Source: an uncultured Rivularia sp.
Lineage (GTDB): Bacteria; Cyanobacteriota; Cyanobacteriia; Cyanobacteriales; Nostocaceae
Assembly (NCBI GenBank): GCA_963665115.1
Contig: OY762007.1
Span: 1,504,001-1,568,000 of the forward strand
Length of the DNA: 64,000 nucleotides
Direction of reading: 5' to 3'
The translations under genes and the position numbers were made by a program. Shown in pieces: positions 34,908 to 44,984 of the stretch. The notes under the pieces are model-generated. The model was not told the DNA's origin. It saw nothing but the letters and a program-made list of their open reading frames with translations, and ran no database searches. How positions within the stretch are numbered: the first letter of the stretch is position 1; each line of letters begins with the position of its first letter.

Positions 34908-35062
34908 TATAATTTTTGGTTAATTTTATTGATTTGTGCAACCCATCGCTGACGTGTTATATGGTCGAGATTCAAAACCTCATTTTGCGACCAGTGGAAA
35001 TGGTAGGCAATAAAAGCTACCTCCTCATATAAGGTATCTGAGGGGTAGCTAATTACTCCCCC
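34907..35062 (-). CDS. Small ORF absent from the ORF track (DUF6760-like), probably the -1 frameshift extension of the upstream chaperone
   Basis: GGVISYPSDTLYEEVAFIAYHFHWSQNEVLNLDHITRQRWVAQINKINQKL*; no ATG/GTG/TTG before the conserved part; its stop overlaps the next ATG (TAATG). Confidence 0.8.
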   Translation of the reverse strand, partial: GGVISYPSDTLYEEVAFIAYHFHWSQNEVLNLDHITRQRWVAQINKINQKL

Positions 35063-35442
35063 GCTAGTTCTAGCTTGAATTGAAATTCGTTGTCACAACG
35101 AGGACACTGTGTTGAAATACAGGTATTTCCTTGTTGATTAATCCGATTATAAAATTCTCTCAAATAGGAAATATCTGGTAATACAAGCTCCTCCAGTTGT
35201 TCTGGAGTAACAGAATTAAGGCTACCCAATCGAGATATTACCCTTGATAGCATCGCGAGGGTAGCGTAAGCCGGATTTTCTCTGACTTTACGTTCTTGCT
35301 GGACTGATATTTCATCCATCGCAGTAGCTAAACGCATCAAACCCTTACGCTGCAATCGCTCGTGGTTATCAACTAATCCTTTAGGAAGGATAAACGAAAA
35401 TTCAGTGCAAAGTCTTTCTTTTTTAGGCATAAATAGTACCAA
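35053..35442 (-). CDS. CIS tail assembly chaperone-like protein with CxxC motif
   Basis: TEFSFILPKGLVD..G.MRLATAMDEI..D.SYLREFYNRIN..CPRC; lies downstream of the tube genes. Confidence 0.75.
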   Translation of the reverse strand: MVLFMPKKERLCTEFSFILPKGLVDNHERLQRKGLMRLATAMDEISVQQERKVRENPAYATLAMLSRVISRLGSLNSVTPEQLEELVLPDISYLREFYNRINQQGNTCISTQCPRCDNEFQFKLELAGE

Positions 35443-35447
35443 TTATC

Positions 35448-35795
35448 CTAATTACTCATAAGTGATTCTGCTGATTCTGTTTCTGCTACAACATCATCAT
35501 TAGCACCATCTAAACCGTTGATTTGGCGATAAAAATTTTGTAAATACTCCAAATCCTGACTAAAGAGATTTTCCACAATCGCGGGAGTAACTTCAGATAC
35601 AGCCCCCAAACAATTTATTACCCGCGCCAAAATGATAATAGTTGCATAAGCTGCATTAGCCCTAACACGAGGGTCGCGTAAAGGTGAAATCTCATCTATA
35701 GCAGTAGACAAACGCATTACACCCTTACGATGCAGGTTCCCCTCGGAATCAAGGTACCCTTTAGGTAAAGTAAATTCAAACTCTGTAGCAAACAT
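35448..35795 (-). CDS. CIS tail assembly chaperone-like paralog (no CxxC)
   Basis: TEFEFTLPKGYLDSEGNLHRKGVMRLSTAIDEI..DLEYLQNFYRQIN; clearly paralogous to 35053-35442. Confidence 0.75.
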   Translation of the reverse strand: MFATEFEFTLPKGYLDSEGNLHRKGVMRLSTAIDEISPLRDPRVRANAAYATIIILARVINCLGAVSEVTPAIVENLFSQDLEYLQNFYRQINGLDGANDDVVAETESAESLMSN

Positions 35796-35805
35796 AGTTT
35801 TTTAA

Positions 35806-36321
35806 GAAATATGACGGGTTCGTAGTTGCGCTTATAGCGCCAAATATTTAGGGCTAAAACCTTACGTACAAACAATGATTTATCCCTCATAACTTATGTG
35901 GTCTAGTACTACTACTTGACCACATTAATCTTGCGGGGTAATCAAAATGGTATTTGTAGGTTGGGTTGAACGGAGAGAAACCCAACACCCGAGTTGGGTT
36001 GCGCTTCGCTTAACCCAACCTACGAAGAGGTATCTTAACCCTGCAAAATTAATGTGGTGGAATACTACCCCCCCCACATTAATTTTGCGGGGTAGATATC
36101 CGACCTGCTAGGGACTGCAAGTCCCTGGCTAATAGCGAAAATCCTCTTAAGAGGACTGAGGAAGTACCCCGTAAAATTAATGTGGTCTAGTGGTCTGTCC
36201 CATTAGTTCTGAAGGGTAAAACTTGTTTGTACCATTCGGCTAAAACCCTCAATACTTGGCGAAGACCGCGCAACTACAAACGAATATAGAAACCCATTAA
36301 AATTAATGGGACAGACCACTA
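35806..36321. mobile_element. Stack of about four MITE-like elements with related TIRs and different palindromic cores
   Basis: Recurring CCACATTAAT(T/C)TTGCGGGGT / ACCC..AAAATTAATGTGG ends; TAGTGGTCTGTCCCATTA...TAATGGGACAGACCACTA. Confidence 0.7.
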
Positions 36322-36440
36322 CTAACCCCTTACATTTATTTTGATAGAACTTTTACAGTCATATTTATATGACTTTGGTTATTAGACACAGACTTACAGT
36401 CTCGGTTGAGTTTTCTACAAAATATCTGAAAAAACCTGTT

Positions 36441-36929
36441 TTATTTAACTCTTTTAAACTCCTCAAAAGCAATTTCTACTTCCTCTATTTCTATGTCAGT
36501 GCTGCGAGCATTAACATCAGCAATTTTATAGCTTGTTGCCCAAGCACCTGCTAATTCAAATCTTGCAAGTTCCTCACAGGCTTGACTATAAATAGATAGA
36601 GAAGCGAGCTTTCTTTGTTGTGCCCATTCACCTCTTTCTATTTTTTCAAACCAATTCCAAATATCCATAGAGTTAGTCATACCTCTACGTAGAGTGATGT
36701 TACCGCTCCTGATATTTCCAGGAATTTTAGTTCTAACTGGTAATCCTTGAGATTGCTTGTTTGCTCCACTTTGAGAAGTAACTTCGCAAATCTCAATCAC
36801 TTCTTGAGTTCTTTGGAAACCCTGACACTCCAAAAAGTAAGCATCAGCATCTTTTTGTCCGTCTAATGCCAGGGCTAAATAGAAGCGATGTGCCGTCAGA
36901 ATTTCGGGATTTCGTCCTGCTTGTACCAT
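36441..36929 (-). CDS. CIS tail tube protein (T4 gp19-like)
   Basis: RFYL, FLECQGF, KIPG...NITLRRGMT..WNWF, IEEVEIAFE. Confidence 0.9.
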   Translation of the reverse strand: MVQAGRNPEILTAHRFYLALALDGQKDADAYFLECQGFQRTQEVIEICEVTSQSGANKQSQGLPVRTKIPGNIRSGNITLRRGMTNSMDIWNWFEKIERGEWAQQRKLASLSIYSQACEELARFELAGAWATSYKIADVNARSTDIEIEEVEIAFEEFKRVK

Positions 36930-36954
36930 CGTCTATTTAATAACCACTAACTTT

Positions 36955-37410
36955 TTATTTTTCACGTTTGATACCTTCGTGAACTAATTCGATAGTTTCA
37001 TTTGCCATATCTTCACCCGATGCGACTAAAGTCGGCCCGGTGTATTTACAGGGATAACATTGCACAATATTCCAACGAGCTTTTTCGGTTCCTTGCTGGT
37101 CGTAAGCGACTATAGAGCCAGTCTTACGATTTTGCTGCCACTGTCTGGGGTCTCCCATGTCTTCGTTACACTTTTGATACCACTGATAAAGATCCACATC
37201 ATCTGTAGCTATAACTTTTACTGTGATATTGGTAAATTTAACAACAGTAGGTGTTGCTTGGCGCATAATTTTCCCCGAGCGAGATGAGCCGTGAATCTCT
37301 TGCGCTGGCGTATTTTCTATACCTAATCCACTAATTTCTTTGATGAATTTATCAGTAATTCCATCTGCTTCAAAGTAAAATTTGCAAGATGTAAGAAATT
37401 CTCCTGGCAT
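36955..37410 (-). CDS. CIS major tail tube protein (gp19/Afp1-like)
   Basis: KFYFE, EISGL, FTNIT, RKTGSIVAYD...RW...YPCKY.GP.L, ETIELVHEG; directly follows the sheath gene. Confidence 0.9.
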   Translation of the reverse strand: MPGEFLTSCKFYFEADGITDKFIKEISGLGIENTPAQEIHGSSRSGKIMRQATPTVVKFTNITVKVIATDDVDLYQWYQKCNEDMGDPRQWQQNRKTGSIVAYDQQGTEKARWNIVQCYPCKYTGPTLVASGEDMANETIELVHEGIKREK

Positions 37411-37463
37411 GATGTTTTAAACTCCTGTGTAACTAATGTTTTACTAGCAATTATATTGAGGGT

Positions 37464-37512
37464 TTTTTCGCAAGTTTTTCGCAAGTTTTTCGCAAATTTT
37501 TCGCAAATTTTT
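37464..37512. repeat. 11-bp tandem repeat (TTTTTCGCAAR) x4 between sheath and tube genes
   Basis: Directly visible. Confidence 0.85.
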
Positions 37513-37520
37513 AAATTACT

Positions 37521-39191
37521 TTATGCTCCTTCCTCAGCTTCGATTCCATTCCACTGGCTGATGCGAAGGATAACAAATTCTGCTGGTCTGACGGGACAAA
37601 CCCCGACTTCAACGTATAAACGTCCTAAAATTCTTGTTTCTGGAGGATTCAATTCTTCATCGCATTTAACGTAAAATGCCTGTTGGGGAGTTGCACCAAA
37701 CAAAGCACCTTCACGCCAAATTCTCTCTAAGAAATTACTTACAGTACGTCTGACACGCGCCCATAAATCCTCGTCGTTTGGCTCAAATACTACCCATTGA
37801 GTACCGAGTTCTAGAGATTTTTCAATATAGCTAATTAATCGACGAACGCTGATATAGCGCCATTCTGTTTTATCCGGTTCCACAAGAGTACGGGCACCCC
37901 AAATACGAATACCTCGATTGGGAAATCTACGAATACAGTTGATACCGATGGGGTTTAAAAGTTCTTGTTCGCGGAAATTCACTTCATAATCTAAACCGAT
38001 TACCCCTCTAGGGACTTCGTTCGCTGGTGCTTTGTAAACTCCACGAGTTTCATCGGTGCGTCCCCAAACACCCATCATATGACCGCATGGAGGAACGCTA
38101 AGTGGATTACCACGGTCGCGAGGATTGGCAACTTTAATCCAAGGATAATAAAGCGCACCGAACATAGAGCGACGATTGAAGCTGTTATTCAACCACTCAA
38201 CCACCTGCTGGGGTTTATTACGGTCGCGAGGAGGATCGAGGACAACCATGCGGTTAGGTGGGTTGGGAATATCCCCATTATTAGAACCTTCGCACATACT
38301 GATCATCAACTCCATGATGCCATGAACTTGATCTAGGTTCATCAAGTTTTCTTCATACACGCGCATCAAGTCAGGACAAGCCACCATCGTAATTTCATCA
38401 ATTTCAAACAGTCCTCGTACCCCCGTGCGGTCATCCCGTACTCCCTCAACTTCCGAAGAAAACTGGTCTGGTGTTGTGGGAATTATAGGTGCGGTAATTT
38501 CGTACTGTCCATTTCCCGGACGACGAGCTAGAGGTTGTCCCCTGCGAGAAACATCTTCCACAGCTACAAACATTGAATTCGATAATGCTGCTACTGCATA
38601 AGTTGCAACTTGAGCATTAGCTTCGGAGTTCATCGTCAGGTTATCGTATTCTTCAAGAGTTTCATCTTCCCGACGAATCTGTACTTTAAAATACTCACCT
38701 GTATCTGGAGGAGTTTGACCTTGATCGCCCTCCGGTAAAGCACGAGGACCGCTATCGATAATTAAGACTGTTACCGCACCACCTGCAATCTGTTCCGGAC
38801 GTATGCTAAATCTTAGAGAAGGACGATTACCTCGACCACCTATAACCAGTGAAGTCGGTTCTGGTTCGGGAGTTTGGGGAATACCGGGTAACTGAGTACC
38901 GATACTAGTAATCCAGCAACGACCACCACCATTCATAAAGTAGCCATATATAGCAAAAGGTAAATAGGCATTAAAATTGGTAAAACCATCAGAATTAGGA
39001 CGAGCAAAATAATTCAAATATTGCGTCCAATTGGTTACGAGCATGGGCTTAAATAACTCGGCTCCACCCCGCACATCTTCGGTAAAACCAACAAATCCGG
39101 CGATCGCCGTACTAACTCCTTCTATCGGACGACTTCCTCTGTCTATTTCTTCGATATAGACACCAGGAGCAAAATAGTCAAGTCTAGGCAT
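37521..39191 (-). CDS. CIS contractile sheath protein
   Basis: APGVYIEE, ALYYPW, VPPCGH, KAPANE, LNPIGINCIR, IWGARTL, WRYISVRR, VFEPND, RPAEFV. Confidence 0.97.
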   Translation of the reverse strand: MPRLDYFAPGVYIEEIDRGSRPIEGVSTAIAGFVGFTEDVRGGAELFKPMLVTNWTQYLNYFARPNSDGFTNFNAYLPFAIYGYFMNGGGRCWITSIGTQLPGIPQTPEPEPTSLVIGGRGNRPSLRFSIRPEQIAGGAVTVLIIDSGPRALPEGDQGQTPPDTGEYFKVQIRREDETLEEYDNLTMNSEANAQVATYAVAALSNSMFVAVEDVSRRGQPLARRPGNGQYEITAPIIPTTPDQFSSEVEGVRDDRTGVRGLFEIDEITMVACPDLMRVYEENLMNLDQVHGIMELMISMCEGSNNGDIPNPPNRMVVLDPPRDRNKPQQVVEWLNNSFNRRSMFGALYYPWIKVANPRDRGNPLSVPPCGHMMGVWGRTDETRGVYKAPANEVPRGVIGLDYEVNFREQELLNPIGINCIRRFPNRGIRIWGARTLVEPDKTEWRYISVRRLISYIEKSLELGTQWVVFEPNDEDLWARVRRTVSNFLERIWREGALFGATPQQAFYVKCDEELNPPETRILGRLYVEVGVCPVRPAEFVILRISQWNGIEAEEGA

Positions 39192-39237
39192 TAGGTTATC
39201 TCCCTTTGATGTAAATTAAATTATCTAGATAAATAAT

Positions 39238-40074
39238 CTAGACGGGATTGAGTAAAATTTCTTTGAAGTTACAGTTTTGAGTATCAACCAACGCATTTAC
39301 TTCCAGGGGTAAATATCCCTCGCAATTGAGCAACAAAACATAATTACCCAGGTCAAGATTTTCAAAATAAAATAAACCTTCTTTGCTGCTAGCAGTCGAT
39401 TCTCTGGTTCCCGTCAGCTTAATTTCAACATTTTCAAGCGGTTGATTTGTCACAGCATTCTTAACTACTCCTGCCATTATCACTTTCTTGACAATAGTTT
39501 CAGTACTGCCATTTCCAAGCTGATTGGTTGTTTGAAAAATTCTTTCCCAAACCAGAGGTACTAAAGCTTTTTCTGCTTCAAACGGAATAGTCACCATCAA
39601 ATACAAAGCGGGACGTAAAGGTGTAGTTAAAGCGCTCCATAAAGCACCAGCTTCGACTTGTGGCTCCAAAGAAACCGTCATATTCAAATTACCATAACCG
39701 CGTAATCCAGAAACCAAAAACTCTTCCCTTAACAAGCGGTGTCGTAATAAAACAGCTATTGCTTCACTGATAATATGGCATTCTCCCAAAGTCGTTCTAT
39801 CCCATGCAGTAAGCAAAATAGAGATATCAAACCAATTCGGAGACCAATTAATTGGTGCTTGTTGCAAAGCTCGTGTAATTTTACGCTCTACCTGTCTTCC
39901 GGAATGCTGCATTTGTTTACTCTCACGGATGTCGTAAATATACAAGTTGAGAGTTGGCCCTGCTGCTTCTTCCTTACGATTACTAGGATGGCTAAAGTCA
40001 ATTTGCTCGGTACTATTGAGCGAAGTTCCTCCAGCTAAAATTTCTGCTAGGGTCTGAAGAACATAAATGAGCAT
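39238..40074 (-). CDS. Pvc16/Afp16-like tail terminator (DUF4255) with C-terminal carboxypeptidase-regulatory-like domain
   Basis: LNLYIYDIRE, LLTAW, LWSAL..PLRPAL; C-terminal G.V.NAVTNQPL..V..G.F.F.NL..G.Y. Confidence 0.8.
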   Translation of the reverse strand: MLIYVLQTLAEILAGGTSLNSTEQIDFSHPSNRKEEAAGPTLNLYIYDIRESKQMQHSGRQVERKITRALQQAPINWSPNWFDISILLTAWDRTTLGECHIISEAIAVLLRHRLLREEFLVSGLRGYGNLNMTVSLEPQVEAGALWSALTTPLRPALYLMVTIPFEAEKALVPLVWERIFQTTNQLGNGSTETIVKKVIMAGVVKNAVTNQPLENVEIKLTGTRESTASSKEGLFYFENLDLGNYVLLLNCEGYLPLEVNALVDTQNCNFKEILLNPV

Positions 40075-40141
40075 AGATTATGTCAACTGTTACTTAACCC
40101 GTATGTCCTTAGAATAGCTTGACTCTTACTCTTGTGTTAAT

Positions 40142-40155
40142 TAGACTTTTGTCGA
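40142..40155. promoter_or_regulatory. Putative regulator box TAGACTTTTGTCGA
   Basis: One of four near-identical 14-mers; 67 nt upstream of the ATG at 40074. Confidence 0.55.
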
Positions 40156-40619
40156 GATTTAAAACAATTTTATTTAAACGTAAATCGATTTTCAAAGATA
40201 ATTTTTACTGTTAATTAGATTAAGCAATAAAAAAGTAGTATGTAATTCTATACAAAATTTTATCGAACGCCACGATTTTTGTGATTAGAAAAACTTTGAA
40301 CCTATTTTCAATTTGTAAAAAAAACTACATAGCTTGCTAAATGATGAATAAGCTTTAATTGATGAAACCTATATATTAATATAAGCTTCCGAGAAATAAA
40401 GGTAGGTAAAAATGCTGTATAGCAAAACAAATCTGAAATATCTAACTTCAGATAGATTGCAAAAATATTTATTTAATTATCAAAGGCAATATTATTGTTG
40501 CCCAACCTAAGTGCATAACTTCAGTCTGCTTTCCCCTATTTAATCCTAAGCTTAATTAGTCAGCTAACTGATTAAATTTGCTTTGTAGAATCATGCGAAG
40601 GATAAATACTAAAATTATT

Positions 40620-40762
40620 GGCGTTGCTGAATACAGATATGAATTCCTAATTGGTATCTAACAACAGCCCCCTAAATCCCCCAATATTGGGGGACTTAAA
40701 AATCAATTTCTCCCCCAGATTTGGGGGTTGGGGGGCTATTTATATTTTGATTAAGCAACACT
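40620..40762. mobile_element. MITE family A, TSD AAATTATT
   Basis: GGCGTTGCTG...AGCAACACT ends with 8-bp flanking duplication. Confidence 0.8.
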
Positions 40763-40937
40763 AAATTATTCACCAAAATTGTCCAATAAAATAATTTGGA
40801 ATCAAAATTATGGTTTGTCTTATAAAAGCAGACCCTACGATAAATGCTGTAATAGACAACAACCAAGCCTCTTATATATCGCGGCTTTCAAGAGATAATC
40901 GCAATACATTTTGCATTCACTATCCGAGGGTAAAGCA

Positions 40938-42047
40938 ATGGTTTTAAATATCTCTTTGAAACAACAGAAACACCCAAATTTGGGTAACTTTAGTTTAAAA
41001 AAATTCTGTTGTTTGCATATAAAGCAATTAACTTTTCATCATCAAATTGATTGCGCTCGCATAGTATATTACGATCCAAATTTAACAAAACACCAGGAAG
41101 TTGTTGATTACACCCAAAGCAAATTTCGATATTCTCCCCTAAATTTAGCTTATTTAAGGTCAGAATCTTGGATGGATAACTATCCTCACGTTTTTGATAT
41201 TCATGAGTTTCAACTTCTCGAACTACCAAACCATCATTGTTATGTTTGTATCATCGGATATAAAAACCATCGACCTGAATATATTCAAATTATTACTAGT
41301 GAAGCAATATCTACCGAATTACAAAATTTCTTGCAAGATTCCGCAAGAATACTCAGCCAATACATAGAAACCTATGCAGAAAATTTATCTCAAAAATCGA
41401 AAATTCAACTACTAGAGCATACAGTCCATAAAGCAAGTCATCAAATACGTAATTATTTATCATTAATAAGTATTTACGCACATAACTTATATTTAAGATT
41501 ACCAGAGAATGATTATTGCCAACAACAAGCAGCAATAATTCATGAAAGCGTACAAAAACTAGATTTTAGCCTTACAGACATATTATCCTGCGGTCAGGGA
41601 GTAAAATTAAACAGAGCTTCTCAAGACTTAAAAGAAATAGTAGCTGAAAGTATCAAGAATTTTCAACCCATAATTTCTCAGAAAAATATAGAAATAAATC
41701 TTCCCGAAATCTCGACAAGATTACTGCTAGATAAATTACAGATTCAACAAGTATTTGATAATTTGATTAGTAATGCGATTCATTTCAGTCCAGAATTCGG
41801 AAAAATAGTTATTAGCTGGCAGATTTTTCAAGAAGAGATTTTAGTTAAAATTTGCGATAGTGGACCGGGAATAGCAGCAGAAGATATTCCAAAAATTTTT
41901 AATCCTTTCTATTCACATCGTCAGGGAGGAACCGGACTTGGTTTAACAATAGCTAAAAAGATTGTATTAGACCATAGTGGAAGTTTATGGGCACAAAATT
42001 CGTCACAAGGAGGTGCAATGTTTTCTATAGTTTTACCAAGAAAATAG
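40938..42047 (+). CDS. Soluble sensor histidine kinase
   Basis: ASHQIRNYL (H-box), VFDNLISNAIHFS, DSGPGI, FNPFYS, GGTGLGL; no TM segment seen. Confidence 0.92.
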   Translation: MVLNISLKQQKHPNLGNFSLKKFCCLHIKQLTFHHQIDCARIVYYDPNLTKHQEVVDYTQSKFRYSPLNLAYLRSESWMDNYPHVFDIHEFQLLELPNHHCYVCIIGYKNHRPEYIQIITSEAISTELQNFLQDSARILSQYIETYAENLSQKSKIQLLEHTVHKASHQIRNYLSLISIYAHNLYLRLPENDYCQQQAAIIHESVQKLDFSLTDILSCGQGVKLNRASQDLKEIVAESIKNFQPIISQKNIEINLPEISTRLLLDKLQIQQVFDNLISNAIHFSPEFGKIVISWQIFQEEILVKICDSGPGIAAEDIPKIFNPFYSHRQGGTGLGLTIAKKIVLDHSGSLWAQNSSQGGAMFSIVLPRK

Positions 42048-42094
42048 CTTCCCGTTTATGTATTGTCTTAAAAACCCCAAACCCTATTAACAAA

Positions 42095-42769
42095 ATGATG
42101 AATCGGCAAATTTCCACCTTATTAGTAGACGATGACGAAGTTTTTCGTCAAGGTTTACGCAATCTCCTAGATTTCTATAGTAATAATAATTCGCTTAGTA
42201 TAAAAGTTATTGGTGAAACTAATAGTGTAGAACAAGCTTTAAAAGTAACTACTAAAAAATCTCCAGATTTAATCTTGCTTGACATGGAATTAGTTGGTAG
42301 CGATGGAATTACAGCATTGGCTCATCTAAAAGATATCGATTATGTTGGTAAGGTTTTAGTTTTATCAGGTCATCAAGAAGATAACTATATTTTTCAAGCT
42401 ATGGAGAAAGGAGCAGCGGGTTATGTATTTAAAACTCGTTTAGCAACTCAGTTGTATGAAGCTATCAATACAGTAATGCAATCGCAAATTTATTTACCTC
42501 AAGAAGCTGCTAGTAGTTTCTTTCGTAAATTTCAAGCAAATTCAGAATCGATTAGACAGAAAAAAGATGAACTACATCTTACTCAGAGAGAACAAGAAGT
42601 TTTATACCTTTTAACTCAAGGAGCATCTAACGAAGAAATTGCCAAACAGTTATATGTGACCGTTGCGACTGTAAAAGCTCATCTCACCAATATTTTTGAA
42701 AAACTGAAAGTTACCAGTCGTACTCAAGCGATTGTCACAGCTATCAAATTAGGTCTTGTTCGAGCTTAG
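42095..42769 (+). CDS. NarL/LuxR family response regulator
   Basis: LLVDDD, PDLILLDM, GYVFK, LTQREQEVL..TVKAHLTNIFEKL. Confidence 0.95.
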   Translation: MMNRQISTLLVDDDEVFRQGLRNLLDFYSNNNSLSIKVIGETNSVEQALKVTTKKSPDLILLDMELVGSDGITALAHLKDIDYVGKVLVLSGHQEDNYIFQAMEKGAAGYVFKTRLATQLYEAINTVMQSQIYLPQEAASSFFRKFQANSESIRQKKDELHLTQREQEVLYLLTQGASNEEIAKQLYVTVATVKAHLTNIFEKLKVTSRTQAIVTAIKLGLVRA

Positions 42770-42814
42770 TTATTGATAAAGAAAAATTAGTTATAAATTA
42801 AAAACATTATTTAT

Positions 42815-44984
42815 ATGTCATCTCTAGAATCTTATTACAAAGAATATGATTGTTCTTGTAATGCACCTCTAAGTTGCAAAAACCCTATAGAAACAGCACA
42901 ACAAATTAGAGGTGCTAAGTTTTGTTTAGAATGCGGTTTTCCAGCAACCATTACTCTCGAAAGCGAAATCAAAGGTGAACGAGGAAGCTATAAAATCACA
43001 GAATTTTTAGGTGTACGAGGTCTGGGGTCGTCTGTATGCAGGGATACAGTTAAACAATCAAGAAGCTGTAATTATCAAAGAATATTTGCTACCAGAACGT
43101 TGTTTTAATCAAGAAGAAGCTTTACAGCGTAAAGAAACCTTCAAACGAGTGGGAGGAGTCAATTTAGCTGATGGTAGACAGCAAAACTTTCGTTTAATTC
43201 AGACTTGGGAAGCTATTGCGGATGAAAAGGGAGAACGCTGCTTTTTAATTACAAAAGATACAGAACCATGTCGAACTGCTGCCCAATATTTAATAGATTA
43301 TGGAGCAATGAATGCACCTCAAGTGCGTGAATTTTTAAATCAAGCTTTACAAACTCTTGTATTTCTTCATACTCAGAAACTTTGTTTTCCTTCTAACCAA
43401 GTTCAAAAAGGATTAGAACACGGCAATATTAATTTAGATAGTATATTAATTAAATTACAAAGTAATCAACAATTTTTTTCAGTATATTTTTGCGATTTAG
43501 CCAAATGGGAAAACTTATTTATTCCACCTTCCTTTTCTCAACCTCCAGCTAGTACATATAAACAAGATTTAGAATCCTTGGGTACTTTAGCTTTTTATTT
43601 GTGGCTGGGAAGAACAAAAAACCATCATACAGGAAAAAAAATTGACCCAGCACAACAGGATTTATTGCCAAATACCGATAATGAACTCAAACAATTTATC
43701 TATCGTTTATTAGGGTTTGATGCTCCTTTCAAAGATGCTGATACCGCTCGTCAAGCATTACTTAAACTTTCTGTCTTCAGCGAGGATTATAATATACAAT
43801 ATAAGGGCGAATTGCAGCAAAAGCGAAAGCGTTTTTCCATATATAAAATATTCTTAATTTTAATAGCTTTATTATTACTTGCGGGAGGTCTTTGGTACTA
43901 CTTTTGGCGACGTACATCTAAAAATAGTGAATGTTTTGTTGTTTGGAATAAACTGCTGAAAGATTTTTCGGAAGTAAGCAACGTACCTACAGGCAATTTT
44001 TTGTATACGGCTGAAAAAGAAGGTACTTGGAGTTTTATTCTTAGACAAGCACCTGTAAGCAAGGTTAATTTAAATACTATACTAACTACACCAAAACCAG
44101 AAGTTGCAGCCACATTTAATTTTTTGCAGACCGATATCAAAAACAATAGTAAAAAGCTGATAGAAGAAGTACAAACCGGAGGAAAAGATTTTGCTGTAAC
44201 AAGCTTAGAAAATATTATTACTAACGATATGAAAAAAGAAAAAATAGGCTACGATGGCTTATTAGTATATGTTACATTTAGTAAAAATAATGATAGTCTT
44301 CCTCAAGCATTGCAAGGAAGAATTAGCCTTGAACAATTACGCCAAATATATACTGGTAGGGTGAGCAATTGGAAACAAATTTTACCAAACCATCCCAATT
44401 TAGCCATCAGAGCTTATGTACCCCAAGAAGCAGAAGCGGTCGAAAAATTTAAACAAATAGTTCTTAATGATAATGACGAAGACATTAACTTATTCAATGA
44501 AAAAATAGCAAAAATCAATACTGAGAATACAGGAAGTACTCAAATAAAAATGCGGCAAGCAATCAATAATGGAGAAAATAGCGGTATTATTAGTTTTGGT
44601 ATTCTCAGCAAAACTTGGAATCAATGTTCCGGTTATCCTTTAGCAATAGTTAACAGAAACAATCAGTCTATCCAACCTCTGTTTCGTCTGCGTACAAATC
44701 GTCCTATAAACCCTTCAGATAACCTTTGCGACAAAGCTAATTACTTTAACGTCAGCACTTTCCAATCCAATAAAACTGCTAGCTATCCTTTGGGATATCA
44801 TCAGTATGTCGTGTATCCTAAAGACAACAATCGCGAACCTGCTGGCTCTATTTTTGCCGATATTTTGAAGACTCAACAGGGTCAACGTCTACTTTATAAA
44901 GTAGGTCTTGTTCCCTTACAACCTATACCTGATGATACTGGAAGTAAAAATGCCTGCCAATCGGTGTCCAAATCCAACCTGTGA
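42815..44984 (+). CDS. Cys-rich prefix + Ser/Thr pseudokinase + TM + PstS-like periplasmic binding domain (frameshift near 43025)
   Basis: KFCLECG; restored LGVRGLGRLY, VIIKE; HGNINLDSILI replaces HRD; TM; IGYDGL.VYV, ISLEQLRQIYTG..NW, YPL. Confidence 0.8.

Noticed and set aside
35806..36321. CRISPR-like repeat-spacer pattern
   Set aside because: The repeats alternate in orientation (TIR pairs), the spacers are long and palindromic, and no cas genes are nearby
36369..36382. Possible fifth regulator box ATGACTTTGGTTAT
   Set aside because: It needs a gap or several mismatches against the other four; too weak to call
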